A DNA stretch of 64,000 nt, from NCBI GenBank assembly GCA_038087875.1, contig CM075982.1:19592001-19656000 (forward strand). Reading direction: 5' to 3'. A model generated the notes under the pieces. The model was not told where the DNA came from. It searched no databases and saw nothing but the letters and a program-made list of their open reading frames with translations. Position numbers and translations under genes: made by a program. This document shows, piece by piece, positions 23,626 through 34,947 of this stretch. Source of the DNA: Malacoraja senta. Taxonomy: Eukaryota. The first letter of the stretch is position 1; every line of letters begins with the position of its first letter.

Positions 23626-26600
23626 CTGGAAAGAGAAAGATTACTATTCAGTGTTGGGATTCTATAGTGGTGTAACTTGTCCTGTTCATAAGCAACCACT
23701 CACTCTTATCTCTGAGCCAGCTTGTTTGTCCATACCTCTCGCCCCCTTGCTTTTCCACTGGCTTTGTACTGAAAGGGCAACTGTGTGTGTTGCAAAATCC
23801 TTGTTACTGCAGGATGCTTTGGGGAAAATTTTAATGCATGTTTGCTTGAAGTGGATTGGCTGCAATGATGTGCAAGAGAGGCCAGATCCATCTCCAAAGT
23901 GAATCTGGTTATGGTCACTCCTATCAGAGTGAACAATACAACAAAGGCCGAGCACACAGTATGATCCAATAAAGTTGCCCAACTTTACTGAGAGCAACAC
24001 AGTGGCGCAGCAGTTAGCACTGCTGCCTCAACTTGTGACCCAAATTCGTTCCTGACCTTGGCTACCGTCTGTGTGGAGTTTACACATTTTCTCCCTGTGA
24101 TCTTGTAGTTTCCCCCCCCTGATGCTCCAATTTTTTTCCCCACACCCAATGATGTTCATATGGGTTACATGGCTGCTGTGAAGTTAGTGAGGAGGTTAGG
24201 TAGAAAAAGGATGAAAAGGGACTTGGGTGTTTGAGAAAATGGGTTACATGGGGAATGGGACTGATATGTTGGAAGGTTGGATGAATCAGATAGGCCAAAT
24301 GATCTGTTCATAATGTGCAAATTCTTGAGGAAGACGTTTTAAATCCTGATCTCCATGCAGTAGAAGACAAAATCCAACCAGCTCCACCAATAGGTTCATC
24401 ATCATTAGTCAACACACAACAGACTATAGATTAGTGGAAAGAACAAATGTCTGACCTGTAAGTCGAGCACCAAACTCTGCCGCCTTTGGTGGAAATCCAT
24501 TCCGAATTGCAGGGAGGAAACTGTTTGTTTTCCAAATCAGACTCTGCCTTCAGTTTCCTTCCTTGCTCTGTGACCTGCTCTGCATGGATGAGGGCTTGGG
24601 TTGGTTCACCATTATGGTCATAATATGTTCCAGCTAATCTGCCTTGGAGGAGGTTAAAGAAAATTGCTTTTGTTATGTGGCTTGATAAATACTCAGTAAA
24701 AAGGTCCAATAAACTAATTGGAAAACTGGAATCTGAGCAACAGATCAGCTGACAACTGAAAGCCTAACTGATAAAAAAGAAATGACTACTACTAAATAGT
24801 CAAGTTCAATACAGTAAGTATACTTTAGGAGGAAGTATGTTGAATTGTTTCAACCCAACCGGAAACATTTTTAACATACAACTACAGTGGTGGTTATGTT
24901 GCCAGACAAGTTATCAGAGATCAGAGTTCAAATTCCACCTATAACTCTGGAATTTGAGATCATTTCATAATCTGGATGCTGGAGGTCAACCGTAATGAGT
25001 AACAATGACAATAACTACATTACTGTTTTAAAAACTACCTGGTTCACTATTGGGTGTGTTTCTGAAACTACCCTACAGGGTTGACTTTATACCCGGCATA
25101 TATCCTTGTTCAAAAGGAAATTAGGGATGGGTAATTAATGCTGGCAGCACCAAAGGTGCCCCCACTGGAAAATTAATAAACAGAAATGATAGAATGTGCC
25201 CAAGATATTAAATAAAACTTAACTTGACTTTGTGTTCTTATTGATTCCCACAGTATCCAAAATCTATCAATCACAGCCTTGAATACACTGACAATCATTC
25301 ACCTCTGGTGTGAAGCAAATTGTAAAGATTCACATGTTAAATGAAGAGTTCTCATCTCAGTTCACAAATGTTAAATCCTTAACCCAAGACTTCTCACTAA
25401 TTCCCGACCAAGCAGAGAACACATTCCTCTTAGCATATCTTCAGTCAGATGCAATCATGTTTGAATGAGAGGGCAAGGGAACATAAAGATTGGAAAATAG
25501 GAATGACAGTGTCTGTGCCAAACACGCAGCTCTTATCTGGCTACATATTATCTATATCCATCCATTCACTGCATGTGTTGATCCATGAATCCTTACATCC
25601 TTGCTACTGGACATGAGAATACAGAGGGCCAGTAAGATCATATGCAAAGGGACCATGAGGCCAGTTAATTTAGTGGGCCCAGTCTGGCACCATCCATCGC
25701 AATGTTTAGGCTGGAAGGTTGCAATGTGGTCAGAAGAGGAAGTGGTGTTCCTTCAGCTTGCACTGTGTTGTAACAGGGTGGTAGGGCAAGAACAGAGAGT
25801 GGGAGAGATGGAGAGATAAACTGATGTGCAACTGGAAGGTCGGGATCATTGCTGCAGACTGAACGCAGGTCCTCTGCAAAGCCATACTCAAATCTGAGGT
25901 TAGTTTCTCCAATGTAAAGCAGGCTGCATCAGGAGCGACAATTACAATACATTAACTCCGAGATAGTTCAATGGCTGCTTCACGTGGGCCTTGAAGAGTG
26001 GGAAGGGGGGAAGGTGCAGAAACGGTGTAGGGAGAGATGCAGAGAGACCTACAGCATCCCAGAAGAAATAGTTCCTTCGGAATGCTACAAAAGGGAGAAG
26101 CGGGATTGGTTCTTCTGGAAATTGATACATTTTCACTAACTCGCCGAGCAAAATTGGTAACAAATAAGTTTGTTCCGTTAATGTCTGCTCAAAACAAAAA
26201 TAACTTCAGACCGAGATGATTCAATGCAATTCACCTGTCTCTTAAAAATCAAACGGCTTCTCTGGCAATTGCTCTCAGTTAGAAGAAGACAAGATGGAGG
26301 ATCACTGGTGGAGTTTGCCCATGAGCGAGTTTGGTTCTGACCCGAACCTATGCTCAAGTGTTCTGGTGGGTAGACCACAGAACGTCTGATAGATCAGTGT
26401 TGGATATGACGAGAGGCGGTCACACCAAGTGGTGATTTCACATCCGAGGTCGAGCTTGCAGACTTAACATCTTCCTAACTGACATAACTATTTCACCCAG
26501 ATTTGTTTTTTGTCAACCTTTCTCTCAATAGACTTACCTTTATAAATGTACTCTCTCTTATAGAAGGTGAGCCAGTCCTGGAGAGAGAGCATTTCAGTGG

Positions 26601-28253
26601 GGGAGAGTCCTGATACGTCATCCACTAGACCACTGTCAGTGAAATCACCGCTCACAAAAGCTCTACTGGCATCTCGACCTGTTCATTAGCAACAGAACCC
26701 CAGTTTAGTTTCACAGATGGCCTTTTGCACAGATTAGTCAGCAATATTGCGATAAACAAGCCATTTGGCCTATTGAGCAACCAAAATAATGAAAGACTTG
26801 TCCCACTGCGGCTTTCTTTCTGCTCCCTACTCCTGTTCGGCAGGAGGTACAAGTAGCATGAAAAAGCACACCGCCTGACCAATGGAACAACTTCTTCCCA
26901 TCTTGGAATTCAGAAGACTGAGGGGGGATCTTATAGAAACTTACAAAATTCTTAAGGGGTTGGACAGGCTAGATGCAGGAAGATTATTCCCGATGTTGGG
27001 GAAGTCTAGAACTAGGGGTCACAGTTTAAGGATAAGAGGGAAGACTTTTAGGACCGAGATGAGGAAATCATTTTTTACACAGAGAGTGGTGAATCTGTGG
27101 AATTCTCTGCCACAGAAGGTAGTTGAGGCCAGTTCATTGGCTATATTTAAGAGGGAGTTAGATGTGGCCCTTGTGGCTAAAGGGATCAGGGGGTATGGAG
27201 AGAAGGCAGGGATGGGATACTGAGTTGGATGATCAGCCATGATCATATCAAATGGCGGTGCAGGCTCGAAGGGCCGAATGGCCTACTCCTGCACCTATTT
27301 TCTATGTTTCTATCTGTTATCGGGCTTCTGAACGTCCTTGCTTCCATAAGCGATGGTACTTTCCGTTCCATCTCGATCCCATTGACGATGTTGGACTTTA
27401 TCAATGAAACTGTTGCGCGACAATGCTGAGAATTATATTCTACACTATATCTTCTCCTTTGTTCTTTCTATTGTGCTTGAATTTGACGTGATTATATTTA
27501 TGCATGGTGTATCTGATCTGTTTGGATAGCATGCAAAACAAACTTTTACAACTGACATTAATAAACCTAAACAAATCTAAACCTAATTGAAGGCGGGGAC
27601 GGGCGGAGTGAGACCCAGCCTGATGCAGACACTAGCCTTTTTTTTTACAAACGAAGGGTTTTAAAACCACGCGAATGGGGTTTGGAAAGGCAATCAGAAG
27701 CTGCAGCATTTCAGCACGGCTAGTTGTTGGTGACCAGGGCAGGCTGCTACGCTACCGGTCCAGGGAGACGTCAAACTCCCGGGCAACAGCCTGCTCAATG
27801 GGGAAGAGCAAGTGGCAGCGCCAGGTGTTTGAGGCGAAGCTGCAGGGCCAACAAACCAAGTCAAAGCACTCTGGCTAGTCGTCGGCAGAGTGGTGGTTTC
27901 GATTCCCCGCTCCCATGCCCTCTCCCGGCGCTGGTCCTCTCCTAGACCCCCGCCCCTCTCGCTGCCCCCTCCGCACCTGCGAAGAAGCGATAGGCGCCGC
28001 TCGGCCCGTAGTGTTTGTTGCCTTTCCTCACGTCGAACACCTGGCCCAGCACGGCCAAGTACAGCCCGGGGCTGCCCTTCCCGCCGCTGTAGCGGTTCAG
28101 CTCGGCCTTGCTGAAGAGGTGGCCGTGCGGGGAAGCCGCCTCCGGCCCCGACCACCGCGCCAGGCCGCGGCTCAGCAGCAGCCACACGCCGGAGGGTAGT
28201 AGCAGCGCGGCGGCGGCAACGCAGGCGGCGCCCAGCACCAGGGAGCGCAGCAT
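23415..28253 (-). CDS. CYB5D2: CYB5D2 (neuferricin), complete; complement(join(23415..23625,24456..24642,26538..26678,27977..28253)); 816 nt, 271 aa
   Basis: Hydrophobic N-terminus; cytochrome b5-like heme/steroid-binding domain ([42 protein letters not shown]); FPPCNSEW...WC, WVGVPRKL, RCACV, GDLDNP motifs; all introns GT-AG and phase-consistent. Confidence 0.96.
23996..24310 (+). mobile_element. Degraded tRNA-derived SINE (HE1/V-SINE-like)
   Basis: CACAGTGGCGCAGCAGTTAGCACTGCTGCCTCA head; GTCTGTGTGGAGTTT core. Confidence 0.65.
24456..24642 (-). CDS. CYB5D2: CYB5D2 coding exon 3 (GRLAGTYYD...RVWCSTY)
   Basis: ccaag| acceptor, AG|gtcaga donor. Confidence 0.94.
26538..26678 (-). CDS. CYB5D2: CYB5D2 coding exon 2 (GRDASRAF...WLTFYKREYIYK)
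   Basis: acag| acceptor, AAG|gtaagt donor; translated by hand. Confidence 0.95.
26904..27312 (+). mobile_element. CR1 LINE 3' end (young-looking)
   Basis: [30 protein letters not shown]...TRGHSLRI...FFTQRVVNLWNSLP; ends TTTTCTATGTTTCTA. Confidence 0.9.
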
Positions 28254-28560
28254 CTCCGCCGCTCGGCCGCCACTCAAGCCGGGTCCCGGAAGCTACAGTA
28301 GAGCCTCAGTAACCTGCACGCAAGTGCACAGTCATCGATGCAGATTGACAAGAGAGTAACTCCGCTTCAGTCTGAAGTGACAGAAAATACACTCTCCTGA
28401 AGGAACAACGCTACAGTTTCCTCCTAGGTTGCAAGTTCAGTAACTTGACGTTCCATTGAAGTGTTAGTTCTAAAAGACAGCTCTTCTTAAAGTGACCGCG
28501 CCGGCAGCACCTTCCCTTAAAGTGACAGTCCGCTCTTGCTGTCACCCTGTAAAATTACCA
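27700..28560 (-). promoter_or_regulatory. CYB5D2 CpG island and probable promoter
   Basis: High GC/CpG around exon 1; ETS core CCGGAAG at 28286-28292; repeated AAGTGAC(AG) motifs at 28375-28545. Confidence 0.7.
27977..28253 (-). CDS. CYB5D2: CYB5D2 coding exon 1
   Basis: ggcggagATG in CpG island; ends GCAG|gtgcgg. Confidence 0.92.
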
Positions 28561-28839
28561 CCTTGGGTTCGTAGAACAACGGCAGCAGATGCAAGATGGA
28601 GAGGGTTCTGAGGATAGCCAAATATGAGAAAGCTTATCCACAAACTACCTCTTTGGAAATGGAGATAGAGATGTCAAGAAAAGTGAAAAATCAGATACAT
28701 GGACCGTGTGAAATTGACAGCAGGGTGGGAATTGGCACCAATGATAATGACATTTTTAAGTTCTTTGTAAATGTGGAAAGCAGCACCAATACAATCCAGG
28801 CACAATGGAAACAACACCAGACAACAAGTACACAGACAA

Positions 28840-29700
28840 GGATAGACACAAAAAGCTGGTGTAACTCAGTGGGACAAGCAGCATCTCTGGAGAGAAGGAA
28901 GGGTGACGTTTCGGGTCGAGACACTTCTTCAGACTGGTTAGGGATAAGGGAAACGAGAGATATAGACGATGATGGAGAGAGATAAAGAACAATGAATAAA
29001 GGATATGCAAAAACAACGATGATAAAGAAAACAGGCCATTGTTAGCTGTTTGTTGGTTACAAATGAGATGCTAGTGCGACTTGGGTGTGGGAGGGATAGA
29101 AAGAGAGGGAATGCCAGGGCTCCCTGAAGTGAGAGTATTCATCCCACTGGGCTGTAAGTTGCCCAAGCAAAATATGAGATGCTGTTCCTCCAATTTGCAT
29201 TTAGCCTCATTCTGACACTGGAGGACACCTAGGACAGAAAGGTCTATGTGGGAATGGGATTAATGTGTTTAGCAACTGGGAGATCAGGTAGCTTCAGGCG
29301 GGCTGAGTGAAGGTGTTCAGCAAAATGATCGCCCAGTCTACGCTTGGTCTTGCCGATGTATAAGAGTCCACATCTTGAACAACGGCTGCAGTAGATGAGG
29401 TTGGAGGAGATGCATATGCCTAACCTGAAAGGTCTGTCAGAGTCAAGGGGGGAGGTAAAGGGACAGGTGTTGCATCTTCTGCAGTTGCAGGGGAAGGCAA
29501 CTGGGGAGGGGGTGGTTTGGGTAGGAAGGGGTGAGTTAACCAGGGAGTTGTGGAGGGAACGGTCTCTGCGGAAGGCGGAAAGGGGTGAAGATGGGGAAAA
29601 TGTGGCTAGTTGGGAGTCCGTTCGAGCTGGTGTAAATTTTGGAAGACCATGTGTTGTATACGACGGCTAATGGGGTGGAAGGTAAGGACTAGAGGGTAAG
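28840..29700 (-). mobile_element. Penelope-like element fragment (GIY-YIG region plus pLTR; hammerhead core 28905-28932)
   Basis: Reverse-complement similarity to 3378-4383. Confidence 0.85.
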
Positions 29701-29803
29701 GACTAAGGAAGATAAGCAAAGATAGACACAAAATGCTGGAGTAACTCAGTGGCACAGGCAGCATCTGAAGAAGGGTCTCAACCTGAAATGTCATTTGTCC
29801 TGG

Positions 29804-30445
29804 GCATTTGTTGGTTCATCAAGATACCATCAAATTGAAAAATTGATGTTGGACTTTTCCCCATGACTTAACAGCATGCAGATTTTCCATTGGTATATAA
29901 TACAGCGTAGAACAATATGCATGGTAATTGTGTGTCATATGCAACAGCCTTAATGTTGATAATGCTTTATATATTTCTGGTGCAGAATAAGAAATTATCT
30001 ATTTAAAAGAGAAACCCAGAAGAAAGCTATTCATCCACCATGCCACATCCTAAAAGTTCACCCAACCGTTCCCCAAAGTCCTGGAAAGTTTATTTTAAAG
30101 AAGGCAATAAGATACTCGAGTTATGATGAAAATGTAAAGCTTCACATAAGTTGCAGAACAGACCACATCCATTCTACATTTGTAGAACAAAAGGCTGCAT
30201 AGCACAGTAGTTAAACACAGAGGCTCGCTGCAAGGTATAACAGCTCCACAAACTTAAGTACTCCTGGTACAGTGTGTGACGTTTGCCCATTCTCCTCTAT
30301 CCACGAGGACTCTCCCAAGGTAGACACAAAAAACTGGAGTAACTCAGCGGGACAGGCAGTGTCTCTGGAGAGAAGGAATGGGTGACGTTTCGGGTCGAGA
30401 CCCTTCTTCAGACCCATTCCTTCTCTCCAGAGATGCTGCCTGTCC
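29804..30445 (-). repeat. Inverted duplication, copy A (partner 59786-60427)
   Basis: 642 bp; coordinates sum to 90231 at both ends; about 4 substitutions seen; the same 68-aa spurious ORF appears in both copies. Confidence 0.93.
30384..30411 (-). ncRNA. Minimal type I hammerhead ribozyme motif with extended stem I
   Basis: Reverse complement CTGAAGAAGGGTCTCGACCCGAAACGTC flanked by complementary arms. Confidence 0.65.
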
Positions 30446-31259
30446 AGCTAAGTTACTCCAGCATTTTGTGTCCATCTTTGGTTTAAACTAGCATCTGCAG
30501 TTACTTCCTACACACAACTACAAAAACAATGCTGGTAGCAGCATCAACGACTTGCTTTAATCTCAGGATGGAGTATCCACCTCCATCAATTCTCTTCACT
30601 TGGCGCTTTCCCTTACAATCATGGTAAAAGCAACATTTGTCATTTCACCTCTTCCCTTCCCATCATCCAGAGATCCAGACAATGTTTACAGTGAAGCAGC
30701 GATTCACTTACATTATTTCCAGCTGTTGTAAGGGAGCAGGTTCAAGGATCTGACTAGTCGAACAGAAAATAGGCACACCCGTCCATTAACCTCGTTGCAC
30801 TTATGTGCAATGACAATAAAAGATATTATTATTATTATTATTAAGTTACAAATCAGATTTATTGGCAAGAGGGAGAACAAAAACAATACATACCTCGGTA
30901 TGCGTGGGGTCCGCCTTACAGCACACCTCCTTCTCTGTCTCCGTCCACGGCGCTGATCTCGACCCAGCCCGTCGGTGAAACCTTCTCATCAAAGAACTAA
31001 CTAACAGCTTACCGGCACCTGACTTTATACCGGCAAAAATCAGCCGTTGAAATAACCGCCGTGAAGTCCTGGCCAATAGCGCCGATTCCAAATTCAAACT
31101 GTAACCAATGGCAAAATAACCTGACTCAAAGAAATCCAAAGGAGATTATTTTTAAAGTATTTCATCCACGATAGTCTTATTAGGATGAGACAAAATTTAT
31201 ACAAAGGTTTTCTTCCAGAATTTCTATCGTTCAATGTCTTTCCAAGTTAGTGGTGTGAC

Positions 31260-31473
31260 TGTGTAAGAAGGAACTGTAGATGCTGGTTTAAACCGAAGAT
31301 AGATACAAAATGCTGGAGTAACTCAGTGGGACAGGCAGCATCTCTGGAGAGAATGAATGGGTGACTGAAGGAGTCTGAAGAAAGGTCTTGACCTGAAATG
31401 TCACCCTTTCCTTCTCTCCAGAGATGCTGTTATCACTCTCCAGAGTTACTCCAGCTTTTTTTTGTCTATCTTT
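31260..31473. mobile_element. Palindromic pLTR mini-element with CpG-decayed hammerhead core
   Basis: Inverted arms around CTGAAGAAAGGTCTTGACCTGAAATGTC. Confidence 0.75.
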
Positions 31474-32302
31474 AGAGGTGTGAATCATCCTCGATGGGAT
31501 GGTGCTGTGGTAGAGCTGCTGACTCAGAGCACAGGAATCTGGGATCAACCTCAGTTGCTGCCTACGTGTAGTTTGTCTGATCTCTCTGTGACAGCATGAG
31601 TTACTTTGGTTTCCTCCCATCTCCCAAAGAGGTTGAGGCAGGTTAACGGGCTATATTGCCCCTAGGTAAATGGCAAAAAGAATCAATGGTGAATTGATGG
31701 TATTATGAGGGAATATAAATTGCAGGTCTATAGGGAAATTAAGGGAGAAGGAGGGATGCGATTGCGGTATTGAGAGGTGGGGGGAACCCATACGGTGAAT
31801 GGACTATGTTAAAGTAAGTAAGATTGGAAATGGAAATTATTGTGTGCAATGCCAAGCATTTTGGTTTTTAATAAGTTGATATTATTTTGAGCATATCTAT
31901 CATTTAAATTATTTTCATGAGCCCTCTATATTGACAATTCTGGATTATTGGAACTGTCCATGTGTCCCTTCCAAGCTAATGTGATATTTGTTTAAATAAT
32001 TTTATTGACATAAACATCAGAATTGTACAAAAGCAATTTTACTTTTGCACTTTCACAATCACAATGTCTTCGTTTTTAACAGGAAGAGTTATATTCATGC
32101 AGACAACTTGCAAATTGCGAGGGTGATCTCCCTCTGCCTTTATAATCCCAGCTGTAAATGAAGAGACGTGGGGGCAGTGGCTGCAGAACAAGTTCCCATA
32201 AACAACAAGGAGGTGCAAGTTTATGGGACGGGAAATATTACTATTGATTTATAATTGGATAAGCTTCTGCCTAAGACTCATTCAAAAGAGATTTGGATAA
32301 AT

Positions 32303-32590
32303 GTTTTAGTTTTAGAGATAGAGCGTAGAAACAGGCCCTTCGGCCCATCGGTGCCACGCCATCCAGCGATCCCCGCATATTAACACTTTCCTACACACAC
32401 GTGGGACAATTTTTACATTTACCAAGCCAATTTACCTACAAACCTGTACGCCTTTGGAGTGCGGGTGGAAACCGAAGATCTTGGCGAAAACCCAGGGGGG
32501 CCACGGGGAGAATGAACAAACTGAACAGACAGCACCTGTAGTCGGGATTGAACCAGGCAGCAACTCTACTGCTGCGCCACCGTGCTGCCC
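32303..32590 (-). mobile_element. tRNA-derived SINE (HE1/V-SINE-like) with CR1-type 3' tail
   Basis: A box TGGCGCAGCAGTAG, B box GGTTCAATCCC, tail GGGCCGAAGGGCCTGTTTC...CTAAACTAAAA. Confidence 0.8.
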
Positions 32591-32834
32591 AATGCATGAA
32601 GGAAAATAATTCACATGGGTTGGGAACACATCTGGAAGTGGGACTAATTGGAGGTGCTAAACACAGAGCAATGGGACGAATGGCCTCTCACCGTCAAGAT
32701 CTGATTCGTAATAGCGATGTCCCTCCAATGCTCAGAGCTCTCACCCAGGTCCATCGTGTTCCAAAGTGACAGCGACAGGGCTAACGTGAAGCGAGCTGGA
32801 AGCTGGCAGAGTGGCACGGGAGGAGACAAAATGT

Positions 32835-34190
32835 GTAGGAAGGAACTACAGATGTTGGTGTACAGCAAAGATAGACACAAAATGCTGCAGTAACAGTGGG
32901 ACAGGCAACATCTCTGAATAGAAGGAATGGATGATGTTTCGGGCCAAGACACTTCTTCCGACTGAGAGTCAGGGGAGAGGGAAACACAGTGATGAAGAAG
33001 GGGAAGGTGTCAAAATGGGACATCAAAAGAGATGGGGATCAAGCAAAATGTAGAATAGATCATTGTTAGCTAGGAGAAGATAACAACAAAACAAACAGAT
33101 TAAATGTAATCAGGGAGACAGTCAGACTGGTTGGAGAACTAGGAAGGGGAAGGCATGGAGAGAGAGAGAGGGGGAAAGCAAGGGTTACTTGAATGTTAGA
33201 GAAGTCAATGTTCATAACGTTGGGGTGTAAGTTGCCCAAACAAAATATTTGGTGCTGTTCCTCCAATTTGCGCTGGGCCTCACTCTGACAATGGAGGTGG
33301 CCCAGGACAGAAAGGTCAGTGTGGGAATGGGAGGGGGAGTTAAAGTGTTTAGCAACCAGAAATCAGGTAGGCTTAGGCGGACAGAGCGGAGGTGTTCAGC
33401 GAAATGATCGCCAAGCCTGTGCTTGGTCTCGCCGATATATAGGAGTCCACACCTGGAACAACGGATACAGTAGATGAAGTTGGAGGAGGTGCAAGTGAAC
33501 CTCTGCCTCACCTGAAAAGACTGTCAGGGTCCTTGGGGTGGAGTCAAGGGGGGAGGTAAAGGGACAGGTGTTGCATCTCCTGCGGTTGCAAGAGAAGGTA
33601 CCTGGGGGGGATGGGGGTTGGGTGGTAAGGGACAAGATAACCAGGGAGTTGTGGATGGAACGGTCTCTGTGGAAGGTGGAAAGGGGTGGAGATGGGAGAA
33701 GAGAGGAAGTCTGAAGAAGGATTTCGGCCCGAAACGTTGCCTATTTCCTTCGCTCCATAGATGCTGCTGCACCCGCTGAGTTTCTCCAGCATTTTTGTGT
33801 ACCTTGGAGATGGGAGATGTGGCTAGTGCTGGGATCCCGTTGGAGGTGGTGAAAATGTCAGAGGATTAAGGGCTGGATGCGACTGCTGATGTGGTGAAAG
33901 GTGAGGCCAAGGGGGACTCTGTCCCTGTTGCGATTGGGGGGAGGGGGAGCAAGAGAGATAGTTTGGGAATAGGGCCAGTGTACGCATGGAACAGGCATTG
34001 CTCGACGTAGCCCATTAGAGAGGCAGGCATATCTGGGGCCCATGTCTGTGACCATGGTTACGCCTTGAATCTGGAGGAAGTGGGAGCAGTCAAAGGTGTT
34101 AAGAGTAAGGACCAGCTCTGCTAGGTGGAGGGGAAATTGGCAGGTTCTGCGATCGGAAAAGAAACGGAGGGCTTTAAGACATTCCTGGTG
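32835..34190 (-). mobile_element. Penelope-like element (RT remnant, GIY-YIG, pLTR) with nested pLTR mini-element (33700-33804)
   Basis: ELVLTLNTF...FLQIQGVTMVTDMGPRYACL (PLE RT motif); FTCTSSNFIYCIRCSRCGLLYIGETKHRLGDHFAEH (GIY-YIG); nested copy bounded by 13-bp TGGAGATGGGAGA repeats. Confidence 0.88.
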
Positions 34191-34231
34191 GTGGCCGCTG
34201 GAGTGAGAGCTGCTCAAGCGAAATTCCGTCA

Positions 34232-34414
34232 TGAAGCGAGCCGGAAGCCGGCAGTGAGGCAAGGGGCCGTCGTGAAGCGAGCCGGAAGCCGGCAGTGAGG
34301 CAAGGGGCCGTCGTGAAGCGAGCCGGAAGCCGGCAGTGAGGCAAGGGGCCGTCGTGAAGCGAGCCGGAAGCCGGCAGTGAGGCAAGGGGCCGTCGTGGAG
34401 GAGCCGGAAGCGGG
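34232..34414 (+). repeat. 41-bp GC-rich tandem repeat (4 perfect copies plus 1 diverged partial) with ETS/GABP cores, ZZEF1 promoter/5' UTR
   Basis: Unit TGAAGCGAGCCGGAAGCCGGCAGTGAGGCAAGGGGCCGTCG at 34232, 34273, 34314, 34355; partial copy at 34396. Confidence 0.93.
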
Positions 34415-34536
34415 TAGCGGACTGCAGCTGCAGGGGGACCTGTGGGTGGGTGGGCGGCAGTCTCGGCGCCGCGGATTCAGGGGGGGACCCGGCTCAGTGA
34501 TCGGTGAAAGGCCGGGGGAAGAGAGGCCAGGCCGGG

Positions 34537-34947
34537 ATGGGCAACGTCGACAGCGTCGGGGCGGAGCAGCCCGACTGCGCCGAGGAGGAGGACGAGGAGG
34601 AAGAGGACGAGCTGGGCCCGGACACTGAACGTGGCCCCGCCAAGGCCGGCTTCCCGGCACCGGGCGGGGGCCCGGAGGCAGCGGATGGAGGCCACGTCCC
34701 GGGCCCCAGCCCCGGGTTGAGCCTGCGGTGCGGGCCCAGCCCCGACGCCCTGTTCCAGCACCAGCGGCTGCGGGAGGCGGCGGCCAAGGTGCGGGACGAG
34801 GTGGCGGAGAACGTGGTGCAACAACACCACAGCCACTTGATCCGCTGGCTGGAGGAGCGCCTGGCCCGCGGCGACGAGACCGTCCGGCTGGCGCAGTTCT
34901 GCGACCTGCTCGCCACCCGTTTCGCCGTCAAGGAGGAATGCGAGGAG
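34537..34947 (+). CDS. ZZEF1: ZZEF1 exon 1 (MGNVDS...EECEE)
   Basis: gccgggATGG Kozak context; GAG|gtgaga donor. Confidence 0.92.

Noticed and set aside
23330-23902. 190-aa plus-strand ORF
   Set aside because: Antisense shadow of CYB5D2 exon 4; non-ATG start; no recognisable domain
30211-30417. Duplicated 68-aa gene (also 59814-60020)
   Set aside because: The ORF is read through pLTR and SINE sequence; it is identical only because of the DNA duplication
32530-32590. tRNA gene
   Set aside because: The A and B boxes belong to a SINE head fused to a SINE body and LINE tail; no complete cloverleaf
34232-34414. CRISPR array
   Set aside because: Units are contiguous with no unique spacers, the context is vertebrate, and there are no cas genes; it is a minisatellite
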